DNA of 64,000 nucleotides, from NCBI GenBank assembly GCA_030390025.1, contig CM059432.1, positions 59,956,001-60,020,000 on the forward strand, read 5' to 3'. The notes under the pieces were generated by a model. The model searched no databases, was not told where the DNA came from, and worked only from the letters and a program-made list of their open reading frames with translations. Source of the DNA: Squalus acanthias (Eukaryota). Made by a program: the position numbers and the translations under genes. Position 1 is the first letter of the stretch. Each line of letters starts with the position of its first letter. Of this stretch, positions 26,258 through 38,470 are shown piece after piece.

Positions 26258-26677
26258 GGCCCGGAATTTGCGGTCCGGATGACGGTGAACTGGCAACGTT
26301 CGCCATCATTCCACCTTTGAAATTGACTGCAACTTCGGGATTTGTTCATCTTTATTTCAGGTTTGCCTTTTCCCCATGTGAGAGACCCAATCTTTGTTTT
26401 GCTCTCTCTAACATTTTTAAAAGGTTAGCATTTTAACAGCTTACCCACTTCCTTGTTCGCTGTTAGTGAGAATTCTGCATTTTGATTGGCTGCTTAGACA
26501 GCTTGTTGATGTCACAGCAGTTCGCACTAGGGGATCCCCACTGACCTCCATTGATTTGAATTGAACGTCGGAAAACCCAAACTTCTCGCCACAGAGATTG
26601 CAAGATCTTTGTGTGAAGCTTACTTCAGGGCCAGCGGCGAATGCCTTCGCTTCGCTGCTGACAGCACATTCTGGGTC
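26258..26677. mobile_element. Harbinger-like MITE
   Basis: TIR ggcccggaatttgc ... gcacattctgggtc with 3-bp TSD att/att. Confidence 0.7.
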
Positions 26678-27044
26678 ATTCTTGTTAATAAAATCTACCT
26701 GCCTACCTACCTATCATGTATAATCATATATAAACATGAATTCCATGTGTAAAAGAGAAAGCCTTAATTTACTATAAGGTTAGAAATGTCAGACACCTTA
26801 CAAATGACAGAAGCAAATAGGATAAATGAAGTGATAAACATTAAATTTACAAAATGATAAGCTGTTTTTGCCTAAGATTTGAACTGTGGTTACTTTGCAT
26901 TTGTAACCCTAGAAATTTTCACTGAGTGTGTTCTACTGTTGAACTCACCGTCATTGTAATTCGAGCTGAGGACGGATTACAATAGGTGGATGCATGATTT
27001 CTAGGGGGAAGATAATGTAGTCATTGCTGGCTGAGTCTGTTTAT

Positions 27045-27505
27045 TAGGAAAGGAGTTGCATTTTTATAGCACCTTTCATAAACTCAGACACCCAAAGCAC
27101 TTGGCAGCCAATGATTACTTTTGACGTATAGTAACGATTATAATCTACGTAAATGCAGCAGTCAACATGCACGCAGCAAGGTTTGATAAACAGCAATGAG
27201 ATAAATGACCAAATAACCTATTTTTGGTGGTTTTGTTTGAGGGATAAATGTTGATCAGGACACCTGGAGAACCCACCTGCTCTTCTTCAAATGGTATAAT
27301 TGAATCCTTTGCATCCATCTGAGAGGGAAGATGGGTCCATGGTCTAACTTCTCATCTGAAAGAGGGAACCTCCGACAATGCAGCACTCCTTTAGTGTTGC
27401 ACTGAAGTGTCAGCATAGATTCTGTGCCCAACTCTCAAGGGCTTGAACCCATGACTTTCAGACTCAGAGGTGAGAGTGCTACAACTGAACCAAGGCTAAC
27501 ACCTT
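27045..27505 (-). mobile_element. Deu-domain tRNA SINE, older diverged copy
   Basis: Colinear with 46575-47045 from head to tail, with many substitutions. Confidence 0.75.
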
Positions 27506-27702
27506 GGGTGTAACAGATATCTTGGATCATTAACATGGAGGGCCCAATGTTTACTTGATGTGCTTTTGTAAATAATGTCCAAGTTAGACATCACCAAAGG
27601 CAGAGTGATTGCATGTGTAACCATCATTCTATTTTAAAGTCTCAAAGCTTGTTGCAGTGTGGTTTCCACATGTGCAGGGAAGCCATTCAACTTGTTGTAA
27701 CT

Positions 27703-28108
27703 AGAAGAAGAAGAAGACTTACATTTATATATCACCTTTTACGACCACCGGATGTCTCAAAGCGCTTTACAGCCAATGATGTACTTTTTGAAGTGGAGTC
27801 ACTGTTGTAATGTGGAAAACGTGGCAGCCAATTTGCACACAGCAAGCTCCCACAAACAGCAATGTGATAATGACCAGATAATCTGTTTTTGTTATGTTGA
27901 TTGAGGGATAAATATTGGCCAGGACACCGGGGATAACTCCCCTGCTCTTCTTCAAAATAGTGCCATGGAATCTTTTACGTCCACCTGAGAGAGCAGACGA
28001 GGCCTTGGTTTAACGTCTCATCCAAAAGACGGCACCTCCGACAGTGCAGCACTACCTCAGCACTGCACTGGAGTGTCAGCCTAGATTTATGTGCTCAAGT
28101 CCCTGGAA
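27703..28108 (-). mobile_element. Deu-domain SINE (SacSINE1-like), 5'-truncated
   Basis: Deu core gtgctgcactgtcggaggtgccgtctttt..gagacgttaaacc on the minus strand, with a (ttc)n tail. Highly similar to 46575-47045. Confidence 0.85.
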
Positions 28109-28398
28109 CTAGTCTGCATGTTATTGCGAAGATCTGAGAAACATACACTAATATCTGGCTATACCCCCTCATAGATCTGCCAGGCCTTTCCAGACATGAC
28201 ACCATGTTCTTTAGTACATAGGTCACAAAGTATTGTGCAGCTATCACCATGACTGCTTTTGCAAATCAAAGTGGGTTGCTTCAATATTCTCCAACTTTTG
28301 ATCCATGGAATTCTGGAAAAGCTCCACAGCTTGGTGAATAGCTGTTGATCATTAATGCTCTTGCCTTCCATGCTTGCCCAATAGCATTAAAATCCTTA

Positions 28399-29276
28399 GG
28401 GGGAAAAATTCAGTTGCTTTGCGCCTCCCGTTAGTGCCCTAAGAGGGCGCAAAGCAACTAGCACCCGGGCACAGTGATGTTTGCGCCGCTCGCGAAATTG
28501 ACCAGATATTTTGCGGCGGGCTAAACACTACCGCCACGATCTCCTGCGCCCGCAGATCGTGACGTCAGTCGAGTGTGCAACGCCCTGGTAGCGCCCCGGA
28601 CCGGATATTGAGTGGCACCCCCTGTCTTTCCACCTGCCGCTAGCAACGACAGGTTGAGGGGAACATTTTGCAGTCAGGAAGGGACTGGGGGAACGGTATT
28701 TAAAGGCTGCCGCTTCCTGCCTTTTTTTGTCGGCGACATTTTTGCACCACGCATTCTGAGAGAGAGAGAGACTTCTGGAGAGATTCAACACTGTATGTAG
28801 GAGTTTTGGGTACTGAGCAACACTTTGCAGGTTCATTTTGATTTGACCTTCCTTGCATCGATTTAGAAGAGACTATGGGGGCTGCACTCTGAGCTCTTTC
28901 GCTGGGCCTCTCCATTGTTCTTTCCAGTAGAATTGATGTACAGGTCTCTCCAGGCCGAGATTCAAGGCTGCAATGAGCAGGGTGTGGATGGAGAGCAAGA
29001 TCGACCCTCCCCTTTAAGTACTGGCCGGCGCCATTGTGTCTGTGTTCCATTGCTGACTGACATCACATGAGCTTCGCCAGTGCTCTGAGGTAGCGCCTCG
29101 CTCCTCAGCGTTAGTGCCTTAAGAGAGGTGTGTAGCGCCTGATTTAGCGCTCCAATCACCTCCAGGGGCGATAGAAGCCAAGTTTGCAGTCGGAGGCGAT
29201 AATTAGCGCCAGGCGCTAATCTTTGCGCCCGGCCGATAATTGCGCCCCAAATGGGGCAATACCAAATTTCTCCCCC
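28399..29276. mobile_element. Harbinger deletion-derivative MITE, family A copy 2
   Basis: TIR gggggaaaaatt ... aaatttctccccc with TSD tta/tta. Confidence 0.93.
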
Positions 29277-29294
29277 TTAATCTCTTATCCCTCA

Positions 29295-29495
29295 ATCTCT
29301 TATCCCTCAACCACCATCACGAAAAAACAGATTATCTGGTCATTATCTCATTGCTGTTTGTGGGAGCTTGCTGTGTGCAAATTGGCTGCTGCGTTTCTTA
29401 CATTACAACAGTGACTACACTTCAAAAGCACTTCATTGACTGTAAAGCGCTTTGGGACGTCCTGAGATCCTGAAAACACTATAGAAATGCAAGGT
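29295..29495 (+). mobile_element. Deu-SINE 3' fragment
   Basis: acagattatctggtcattatc..ttgctgtttgtgggagcttgctgtgtgc..ctgtaaagcgcttt..tatagaaatgcaag. Its 5' edge shows a 15-bp direct duplication, aatctcttatccctc. Confidence 0.85.
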
Positions 29496-31628
29496 TTTTT
29501 TTGCATGCAAGTACTGATGGTGATGCTTGTGACCTGCAATACTTTTGTCCAATAGAGCTTAATTAGCTAGTGCTATTAATTCCCTGGGCCACTGCTCAGG
29601 TAGAAGAAACCAAACCAGAACATCTGCTGAATGTGAAATAGTAACTGTGTCACTGAGTGCATTTTGAGTTGTAGGCGGTACAGATGTTTCAGGAGATCGA
29701 GATGTTATTGGAGATTATGGTGATTTCTGATTGGTGGCTGAGCTATGAAATTCAAGTGCATCTGTGCAGAAAGTTATGAAGTTATTTAGAGTCTTCATTT
29801 TCTAATTGATGAATACAATTGTGTATTGTTCAATAATAAGTACTGTAACCATTTATACTTAGTAATACACATTGTTCAATAATGCATTCATTACATTTGG
29901 AAACTGAACACATTTAGTTCTACAATGTCATTGTTAAATATAACAAACCTACCTTGGTCTGTGTTAACATTGACAGATGATACCACTGTTCAGTGCAACT
30001 AGCATTAAATGTTAAGCATCCAGTTACTACATATTTGTATAAAAGAAGATTCTGATTGGCTGGCAAGCAGTCATTAGTTCCTAGTAACCATGTACACAAT
30101 TCTAAAGATTCAACCCATCAGGGGCCCTGCTCTTTGTTCCCGTTTCGGGCTAGTGACCACTTTCATCGGTACTAAACCCAGTGGAGGACTGTGAAATTGA
30201 TTTAGCAGTGGCAACTGGCACTACATAAGGGAGCTGGAGTTCTCTGCTGGCTCCAAATTGGAGCAGAAATCTGCAGTGGGATTCTTTTTTTGTTGTTGCA
30301 GCATACTTGCTTAGGTCAATTAAATCCTATTTGTTAAAGCACCACTTCCATCTGTACGGCCCTCTGCTTATTTATGCTAAAATACTCCAGCCGTTCCCGT
30401 TCTCAGTTTCAACTGGAGTAGAAATAACAACAGTACAGCAAATGGTATGCAGTTTCTAGGATGAGCAGCATGGCTAATACTTGCCTGAATTTATTGCATA
30501 GGTGCAGAAGGCAGAGTGAGAACTGAGAAAATTCAACTTACTGTTCCTTTCAAAAAATGAGAAGTTGGGGATCATTGTTGCATCCTGATCATGTATATGT
30601 CTGCAACACTACAGTATTTCCTTAATAATTAAAAACATTATGAATTTTGACCAAATTGCTCGTGATTTCCTCTCATCAGCTTTTCAGTTCCTTTTGAACA
30701 TGGGTGTGATGGGAAGCATCAACACAGCCGAGTGTGTATCTGTACACAGTTTGTCCTCGAACACTAGATTATCACCTCAATAACTTAAACATTTATTGGA
30801 TTTTCACTAAACTTGATAAATGACTTCCTCTTGATTTCTTTTAAAAATTGACTCACTGAATGCTGCACATGCCCTAGGTTTGTAAACACTTATCCTCTAC
30901 ATTGGTAACAGAATGCACTGTAGTTTTTATCAGACTTGATGTAGCTTCCTGTTACCAGACTTTTTGTGCACTTTAAAAATGTCATACAGGAGATTATGAG
31001 GACAAAACCTGGGAAATAAAGTACTTTTAGCTGAAAGCTCCTCACAATAAATTCAGTCAAATTGTTACTACAACATTTAGATCATGACATTAAATAAAGG
31101 ATAGTCTATGGTGTAGCAGATATTCACCAACTGATGTAGTCACAAACATATCACCATGATTAACAGTCTTCAAACTAAGTTATTGAACAATCCACACAGG
31201 TAGTTTCTGTTTGTCAGATATGGAGTGTCCACATTCTCCCCACAGCGACACACCCTACTTAACTTACTTCAGGAAGAGTTGGTGCAGGTTGACAATGGTT
31301 AATGCTTAGGGAACCCCAAGTGAAGCTAGGGGTTCTGCTGGAGTTTAACGATATAGCCAATCAGTGGAGAGTACTGGTAAACTTCCCGCTGCTTGTACAG
31401 CCAGGATCACTCTACCCATTAGGGCTTTGGCTTACAGGATTATCAGGAGCCGAGTGAGAACAATCCTAGACTCCAGTGACAGTTTACCCCTCCCGGCCCC
31501 ATTAATGAGCCAGACTGGCTGGGTAATCACCTGTAGTATCGCAGACTGCATCACTCATGTATCAGATTATTGAGACCGCCGTAGAGGGTTGACTCAGTTC
31601 CAACTACAGGGGAATTTTAAGTGATAAC

Positions 31629-32569
31629 ACAATGTCAGTTTCCATATGTACGCTGACAACACCCAGCTCTACCTCACCACTACTTCTCTCGACCCCTCCA
31701 CTACTTTAAAATCTCAGACTGATTGTCCGACATCCAGTACTGGATGAGCAGAAATTTCCTCCAACTAAATTTTGAGAAGACCGCCACAAACTCCGTTCCC
31801 TAGCCACCAATTCCATCCCTCTCCCTAGCATCTGTCTGAGGCTGAACCAGACTGTTTGCAACCTTGGTGTCATATTTGACCCTGAAATAAGCTTCCGACC
31901 ACATATCCGCGCCATAACAAAGACCGCCTATTTCCACCTCTGTAATATCTCCCGATCTCCGCCCCTGCCTCAGCTCATCTGCTGCTGAAACTGTCATCCA
32001 TGCCTTTGTTACCTCTAGACTTGACTATTCCAATGCACTCCTGGCCGGCCTCCCACGTTCTACCCTCCGTAAACTTGAGGTCATCCAAAACGCGGCTGCT
32101 CGTGTCTTAACTCATGCCAGGTCCCGTCCACCCATCACCCCTGTGCTCGCTGACCTCCCGGCTAAACATCACCTCGATTTTAAAATTCTTATCCTTGTTT
32201 TCAAATCCCTCCATGGCCTCGCCCCTTCCTATCTCTGTAATCTCCTCCAGCCCCACAACCCTCCGAGATATCTGTGCTCCTCTAATTCTGGCCTTTTGAG
32301 CATCCTTGATTTTAATCATTCACCCAGTGGCGGCTGTACCTTCAGTTGCCAAGGCCTTAAGCTCTGGAATTCCCTCCCTCAACCTCTCCGCCTCTCTACA
32401 TCCCTTTCTCCTTTAAGACGCTCCTTAAAATCTACCTCTTCGATCAAGCTTTTGGTCATCTGCCCTAATACCTCCTTATGTGTCAAATTTTGTTTTATAA
32501 CACTTCTGTGAAGCGCCTTGGGATGTTTTGCTATGTTAAAGGCACTATAAAAATACAAGTTGTTGTTGC
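31629..32569 (+). mobile_element. L2-clade LINE 3' fragment
   Basis: YADNTQLYL, HAFVTSRLDYSNALL and [19 protein letters not shown], with tail aaatacaagttgttgttg. tgata is duplicated at the flanks. Confidence 0.92.
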
Positions 32570-32733
32570 TGATAGTGTAAAATGTGGATATCGATTAAGC
32601 CGCCCGTTATACATCTCTCCCGATTTTAAGTTCCATTGACTTCATTGGAAATGAAAATTGGGAGAGATGTATAACAGATGGCCAAATCGATATTGCCCGT
32701 TTTACACTGTCACCCAAAGTAAAAATTACCCCC
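32570..32733. mobile_element. Palindromic MITE (left tip at 31609-31628, split off by the L2)
   Basis: Fold-back gatagtgtaaaa..atcgat..gttatacatctctccc / gggagagatgtataac..atcgat..ttttacactgtc, ending aaattaccccc. Relatives occur near 24.7, 45.95 and 63.6 kb. Confidence 0.75.
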
Positions 32734-32936
32734 ATGTGTGTCACTGTCAACCAACTCAACCTTAAAGAAATCTCAAGGAGGATAGTTGCTAGTAGGTCAT
32801 GAGATAATTGGCAAGTATGGGTTTGAGCCTTCGCTAGAGTCGCAGTAGATAATAGAAATTTCTCATGGATACCACAGTGAGCAGGACATCTTATCATGAA
32901 AAATGTGGATGCTTTGCCACCATCCTCCTAACAACA

Positions 32937-33797
32937 TCCAGAGGCCTGGACTAATGATCCAGAGACGTGAGTTCAAATCCCACCACGGTAGCTGGGGAAT
33001 TTAAATTCAGTTAATTAAATAAATCTGGAATAAAAAGCTAGTATCAGTAATGGTAACCATGAAACTATCAGAATGTCGTTAAAAACCCATCTGGTTCACT
33101 AATGTCCTTTAGGGAAGGAAATCTGCCGTCCTTACCTGGTCCGGCCTATATGTGACTCCAGACCCACAGCAATGTGGTTGACTCTTAGCTGCCCTCTGAA
33201 ATGGCCTAGCAAGCCACTCAGTTGTAACAAACCGCTATGAAAAACAATAATAAGAATAAAACCGGATGGACCACCTGGCATCGACCTCGGTACCGGCTGT
33301 GGACACGACAACAGCACACCCAGCCCAGTCGACCCTGCAAAGTCCTCCTCACCAACATCTAGGGATTTGTGCCAAAATTGGGAGAGCTGTCCCACAGACT
33401 AGTCAAGCAACAGCCTGACATAGTCATACTCACAGAATCATACCTTTCAGCCAATGTCCCAAACTCTTCCATCACCATCCCTGGGTATGTCCTGTCCCAC
33501 TGGCAGGACAGACCCACCATGGGTGGCGGCACAGTGGTATACAGTCAGGAAGGAGTGGCCCTGGGAGTCCTCAACATTGACTCTTGACACCATGAATTCT
33601 CAAGGCTTCAGGCCAAGCATGGGCAAGGAAACCTCCTGCTGATTACCAGCTACCGCCCTCCCTCAGCTGATGAATCAGTACTCCGCCATGTTGAGCACCA
33701 CTTGGAAGAAGCACTGAGAGTAGCAAGGGCACAGAATATACTCTGGGTGGGGGACTTCAATGTCCATCACCAAGAGTGGCTCGGTAGCACCACTATT
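32937..33797 (+). mobile_element. 5' part of a Zenon-like CR1 LINE: tRNA-SINE-like head plus APE endonuclease
   Basis: B box gagttcaaatccc at 32969. Coding motifs LLTNI, PDIVILTESYL, DRPTMGGGTVVY, YRPPS and VGDFNVHH, with stops. Confidence 0.8.
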
Positions 33798-33811
33798 AGT
33801 CTGCAGGCAAA

Positions 33812-34144
33812 TAACATACGAACATAAGAATTAGGAGCAGGAGTAGGCCACTCGGCCCTTCGAGCCTGCTCCGCCATTCAATAAGATCATGGCTGATCTG
33901 ATTACTCCACATTCCTGCCTACCCCCAATAACTTTTCACCCCCTTGCTTACCAAGAATCTATCTACCTCTGCCTTAAAAATATTCAAAGACTCTGCTTCC
34001 ACCGCCCGCTGAGGAAGAGAGTTCCAAAGACTCACGACCCTCTGTGAGAAAAAATCTCTCCTCATCTCTGTCTTAAATGGGCGACCCCTTATTGTTAAAC
34101 AGTGACCCCTAGTTCTAGATTCTCCCACAAGAGGAAACATCCTC
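33812..34144 (-). mobile_element. CR1 LINE 3' fragment, same subfamily as 3031-5096
   Basis: Near-identical to 3031-3345; encodes RMFPLVGESRTRGH...WNSLPQR. Confidence 0.93.
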
Positions 34145-34574
34145 ATAACGAAGCAGCCAGCCCTCAACCTCCTGTTTGATGATAGCTGTAGTGGAAGAGG
34201 TGCTGCATGAGTTGCTAGCAAGGACAGTTACTTTCTGTGGTACACCTCGGCACCATCCCCAGAGGCTAGCAGTGCATCGTGCCTGTAAGGCGGTGGAGCC
34301 AAGTTTCAGCCCACAGCTGAGTGTTACTCTCACTGGTGTTGCCAGTCCTTTGCTGCATATTCACTGGAGGTGTCCTTGCAGCAGAGGGCACAGCACGGCA
34401 TCTGCCTCTCTACTGATCCAGATGCTGCAGTCATTGCCAGATAGGTGTCCCAGGACCTGCAGACATGTATAGTGCGATTGAGGTGTATCTGAGAGAACTT
34501 TAAAGATTACAGTTTAACAAGATTTCATATATCTTAGTGATGCCACTATGTCTCCTGGACCAAGTTCCTTTGGG

Positions 34575-34705
34575 GAGAAGAGAAAAATTTACAGGGTTAT
34601 AGAGATAGAGCGGAGGAGTGGGAACTAATTGGATAGCTCATTTAAAGAGCCGGCATAGGCACGATGGGCCAAGTGGCCTCCTTCTGTGCTGTACGACTCT
34701 ATGAC
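34575..34705 (+). mobile_element. CR1 3' tail fragment
   Basis: gccggcataggcacgatgggccaagtggcctccttctgtgctgta.gactctatga, similar to 9710-9768. Confidence 0.75.
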
Positions 34706-37700
34706 CTGCACCAATAACTTGCCAAAGCGAGATAATCACCCCAACATCTCTCATGCAGTCTGATCTGCCTTGAATTCCTCTGGAGACCCTACTCTTCTTT
34801 CAAACATCTCAAATAGCGTGATTCCCATTGGGAAATCTATAGGTGACAGTAATGGTGCTGAGAAAAAGAAAATGATTAACTTACAGCAATTGGTACAAAG
34901 ACTCATGAATAGTTAAATGCCAACAGGAAACAAATGAAGGAATATGCTTAAGAAATGGATAAAATATATTTGTCTTTATATTACTGCATCTATTTTGTGA
35001 CGCCCAGGATACTCACAACTCCCTAACAATCCTGGATTCCCATTTCAAATAGCTGTCTTTTATATCTGACCTCCTATCCCCCCTCCATCGCTCCTTCTCT
35101 TCTTCCTTCGCCCCCTCTCCCCACAATATAGGGGAATATGCAATGAGAAACACATTGTGGTATCTTTAAAATTGTGGGGCGGGGGTAAAGTGGAAGCTCC
35201 ACAGCAGAAAGCAGAAAGGTAGATGGAGACACAATTGTCAGCAGAAAAAAAAAACAAAATCATGAAATCAGCTGAGAAATTAGCTTTTTACTAACTCATA
35301 GAAGAGTAATAAGTTTACTTAGGCCGTTTAAGTTCATTTCCACCTTTTCTTCACAACCTAGCAACACTGAATGCCCATTTAATATGGACATGATTTGTGA
35401 CAAGCATTTATGAGGTGCTGATATGGAAACTGCGACATATGATGTCACCAAATTACCACCTCATAAAAATATGCCTTCCTATTAGGCAGAAGCGATGCCG
35501 GAAAATTGGACAGGGGAAAAGTGGGTGGGGATATGGCCTTACAAGTCCCTGTTTCTCACCCCTGTCCAACAGAAAACTGGGTGGCAAAACTCAAAAAATC
35601 AAATCTCGACCTGAAATGTTAACCCATCATACAGGAAATCTTGGAGACCTGTTGGGTGGTTCGGTAGGAAATGTGGTGCTGGAAAGCTGCTTTACCCAGA
35701 TACCACCAGCGGCATGGATTGTGCTTTTTAAAAGGAGGCCAATATCACTGAAGATTAGTGATATTCTCACGGGTGTCCAAGCCAGGACACAAGCATAAAC
35801 CTCCTGGTGGGCTCCACATCTGCTGGTTCAATGACCTGTAAATCAGATTCATCCCTACATCCAGATTGCTGGTAGGGAGGCCAGGGCCAAGAAAATTTCC
35901 AGATTGGGAAATGATTCCCCTTGGCTTCATCCCCTATGCCATCATGGGCCATCATGGACAGAAGTTCCACCTACCCCAGGCCCATCCTGTAATTGGTAGT
36001 CAGTGGGATTCTGGGGTGAGGCCTGCTGTTGCCTGCTCCTGACAGAACACCCATCGCAGTCAGTCTTCCTGTGCCCAACTTGCAAACCAGATCTCTGGTT
36101 ATGGCTGAGGATTTTAGGCCCTGTCTTATTTTATAGAGCTGAATTTGTAATGTGTTTGTCTGCTGGAAGCACTTATTAGGAAATCACAGGCACGATCCTT
36201 ACCATTTCCATCCATTAATTTTAATGAACAGAAGATCATACGGAATGCACCCAGGAATTTCCTGATATGTACTCCCAGCAGGCTAGGCTCTCCGGAAGGA
36301 ACAGGCACTTATAAAATTGGCCCTTATATGTAAAGACAATTATGTGAAGAATTTTAATTGTAATCATTTTATTTGGATGTGTTTAATTCGTGAATTATAT
36401 TCCACTGTTGATTGGTTCCGTTGATCTACTGTTTTGTAATGTATGATTGAGATGATTATTTTATATTGTTAAGTGTTGAATTCTACTAGGGTAATCAAGG
36501 TTTCTAACAAGGAAAAAGATGGAGCAACAGCCGCACTACAAGATGTTTTAACTCCATTGAGTTCATGACATTGGGACACTACGATGTTACCTTCTTTACT
36601 GTGCTGTATGATTATTTTGCTCATTTTCCCTAGTTGTACAATCAACAATTGCTTCAGCTACTTTGCAGTTTTGCTCATTGCTTTCAGATTGTTAAAAATA
36701 AATAATTAGCCAGAAGATACATGTTATGGTCCAGTAGTTTAAGGGAAAACAAACCACTGAGTGGCACCAGCCGCATAACTCATGGGCACTGAAGGTGTAA
36801 GTTATGCTGCCCTTGACATAGAATTACATAGGGGTGAAATTGGACCTCACTGCATCTGTTTTCTGGGCAGAAAATGGGTGCAAAGCGGTCTAATTTAGGT
36901 GGTCAACCTGCCGCGCACAAATAGCCTCAGAAACATGTCCGATGCCATATTGGTTTGGGATCCACATACGCCCTTGTGGAGACTGGTCTGCCTCCACTCA
37001 CTCAGCATACCAGTTGCCCCTATTACAGCAGCTCCTGTCGCAGCTGCCATTTGTCTTCTAAGAGATGGATTTCTTATAAGGCAGAGAGGAAACTCCTGGA
37101 AACCAGGTCTCTGCCATTTTCCTGGGAGTTCCACCGGAGTTATGGTAACCCCTGCCCATCTTGTGGAATGAAGGGATGGAATCTGATATAATCTTATTTG
37201 TAATTCTAGTAGGGTTGCAATAATAATAATAAAAGTGTCAAAAAGTAAAAGAAAATGATGGGGTAAACATTTGTCTTCATCACATAGGCAGTAATCTGGC
37301 AGAGCGGATAAATCCCCCTCAATTTTCATTTCATTGATTTTTTAAAAAGGGACGTATTAATGTTGCAGGCTAATGGTTATAAGCAGGTATGATAGTAGAG
37401 ATTGTGGTGATTAAGCAGATTATATTGTTCTGGGGCTAGTATATTATAATTAAGAAAATTATTCATGCGGCGGCACACTCACAGATCTAAGTAATAGTTT
37501 TATCAATCAGTGATTGACACGCCAGTGTTCCTGGCTGCATGTGGCCCTCAACAATTTCCTCTTCCTCCCCCTTTGCCAAAGCTGCAGGCTGCCTCTCCTG
37601 GTCCCCTTGTTGAATGGTTTTCCCCTCCGGAACAAAATGATGCAATTATTAGCAGATCATTTTTGCCACCTGGTAACAGCTATAAAGCTATACCCACTGA

Positions 37701-37869
37701 TTGTCCAGACATTGGAATCTGCTTCAGCACACCAATTACATGTGCCCACAGAATGTGGGTGGCGGTATGAGTTTTTTATATCTGTGTTCCACCTCTGTTC
37801 GGAACGTTCTTAATGATATATTTGCCTCGGCTATACCAGTTGGCCTTGCGTCCCTAGAGGCCAGCCATC

Positions 37870-38470
37870 AGTCTGCCTGCTCACTCAAGTAGCGATGGCC
37901 TGGTGACCAGCTGTACAACAAAGACATCATGGCTGTTGCTGGGATAGTAGGCATTACATTATTCTGCTCCTCTGCTGCCACAGCACCTGCACATTGATGG
38001 AATGATAGTCTTTCCTATTCATATATACCATGGATTGCTGGTGGGGGGCCTGATACTTGTCGTAAGTGAGTTCCTGCACTCTTGTAAAGCTTGCCATCAT
38101 GTAAAAGGACTGTATCATCACATGCTCTTGCCTCCTTTCCATGGGGAAAGTGCTGAAAGTATTTTTCTTGAAAAACAAGAATTCTGTTACTTATTTTACT
38201 GAAGATTGGCTAATGCAGCAAATGTCATTAACGGTGCCTTTGGAGGATCTGGTCATGTAAAACTTTAATGCTATGGTAACCTTCACAACCATGAATAGAG
38301 CTGTTCCAGTGGTAGATATTGTTTGGAGGTTGGGCTTCAGCAGATGGGACAACTCTGTGACAGCTTCCTTGGTAAAGTGTAGATGGTGAAGCCAGGTCTT
38401 CTCAGACATCCAATAGTAGGTGTACCTAGATCTGAAGGCTCAACTCCTGGAACAAGGCCGAATGGGCATC
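37870..38470 (-). pseudogene. Harbinger transposase remnant
   Basis: LHFTKEAVTELSHLLKPNLQ..TGTALFMVVKVTIALKFY, ASFTRVQ and YMNRKDYHSINVQV. Confidence 0.8.
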
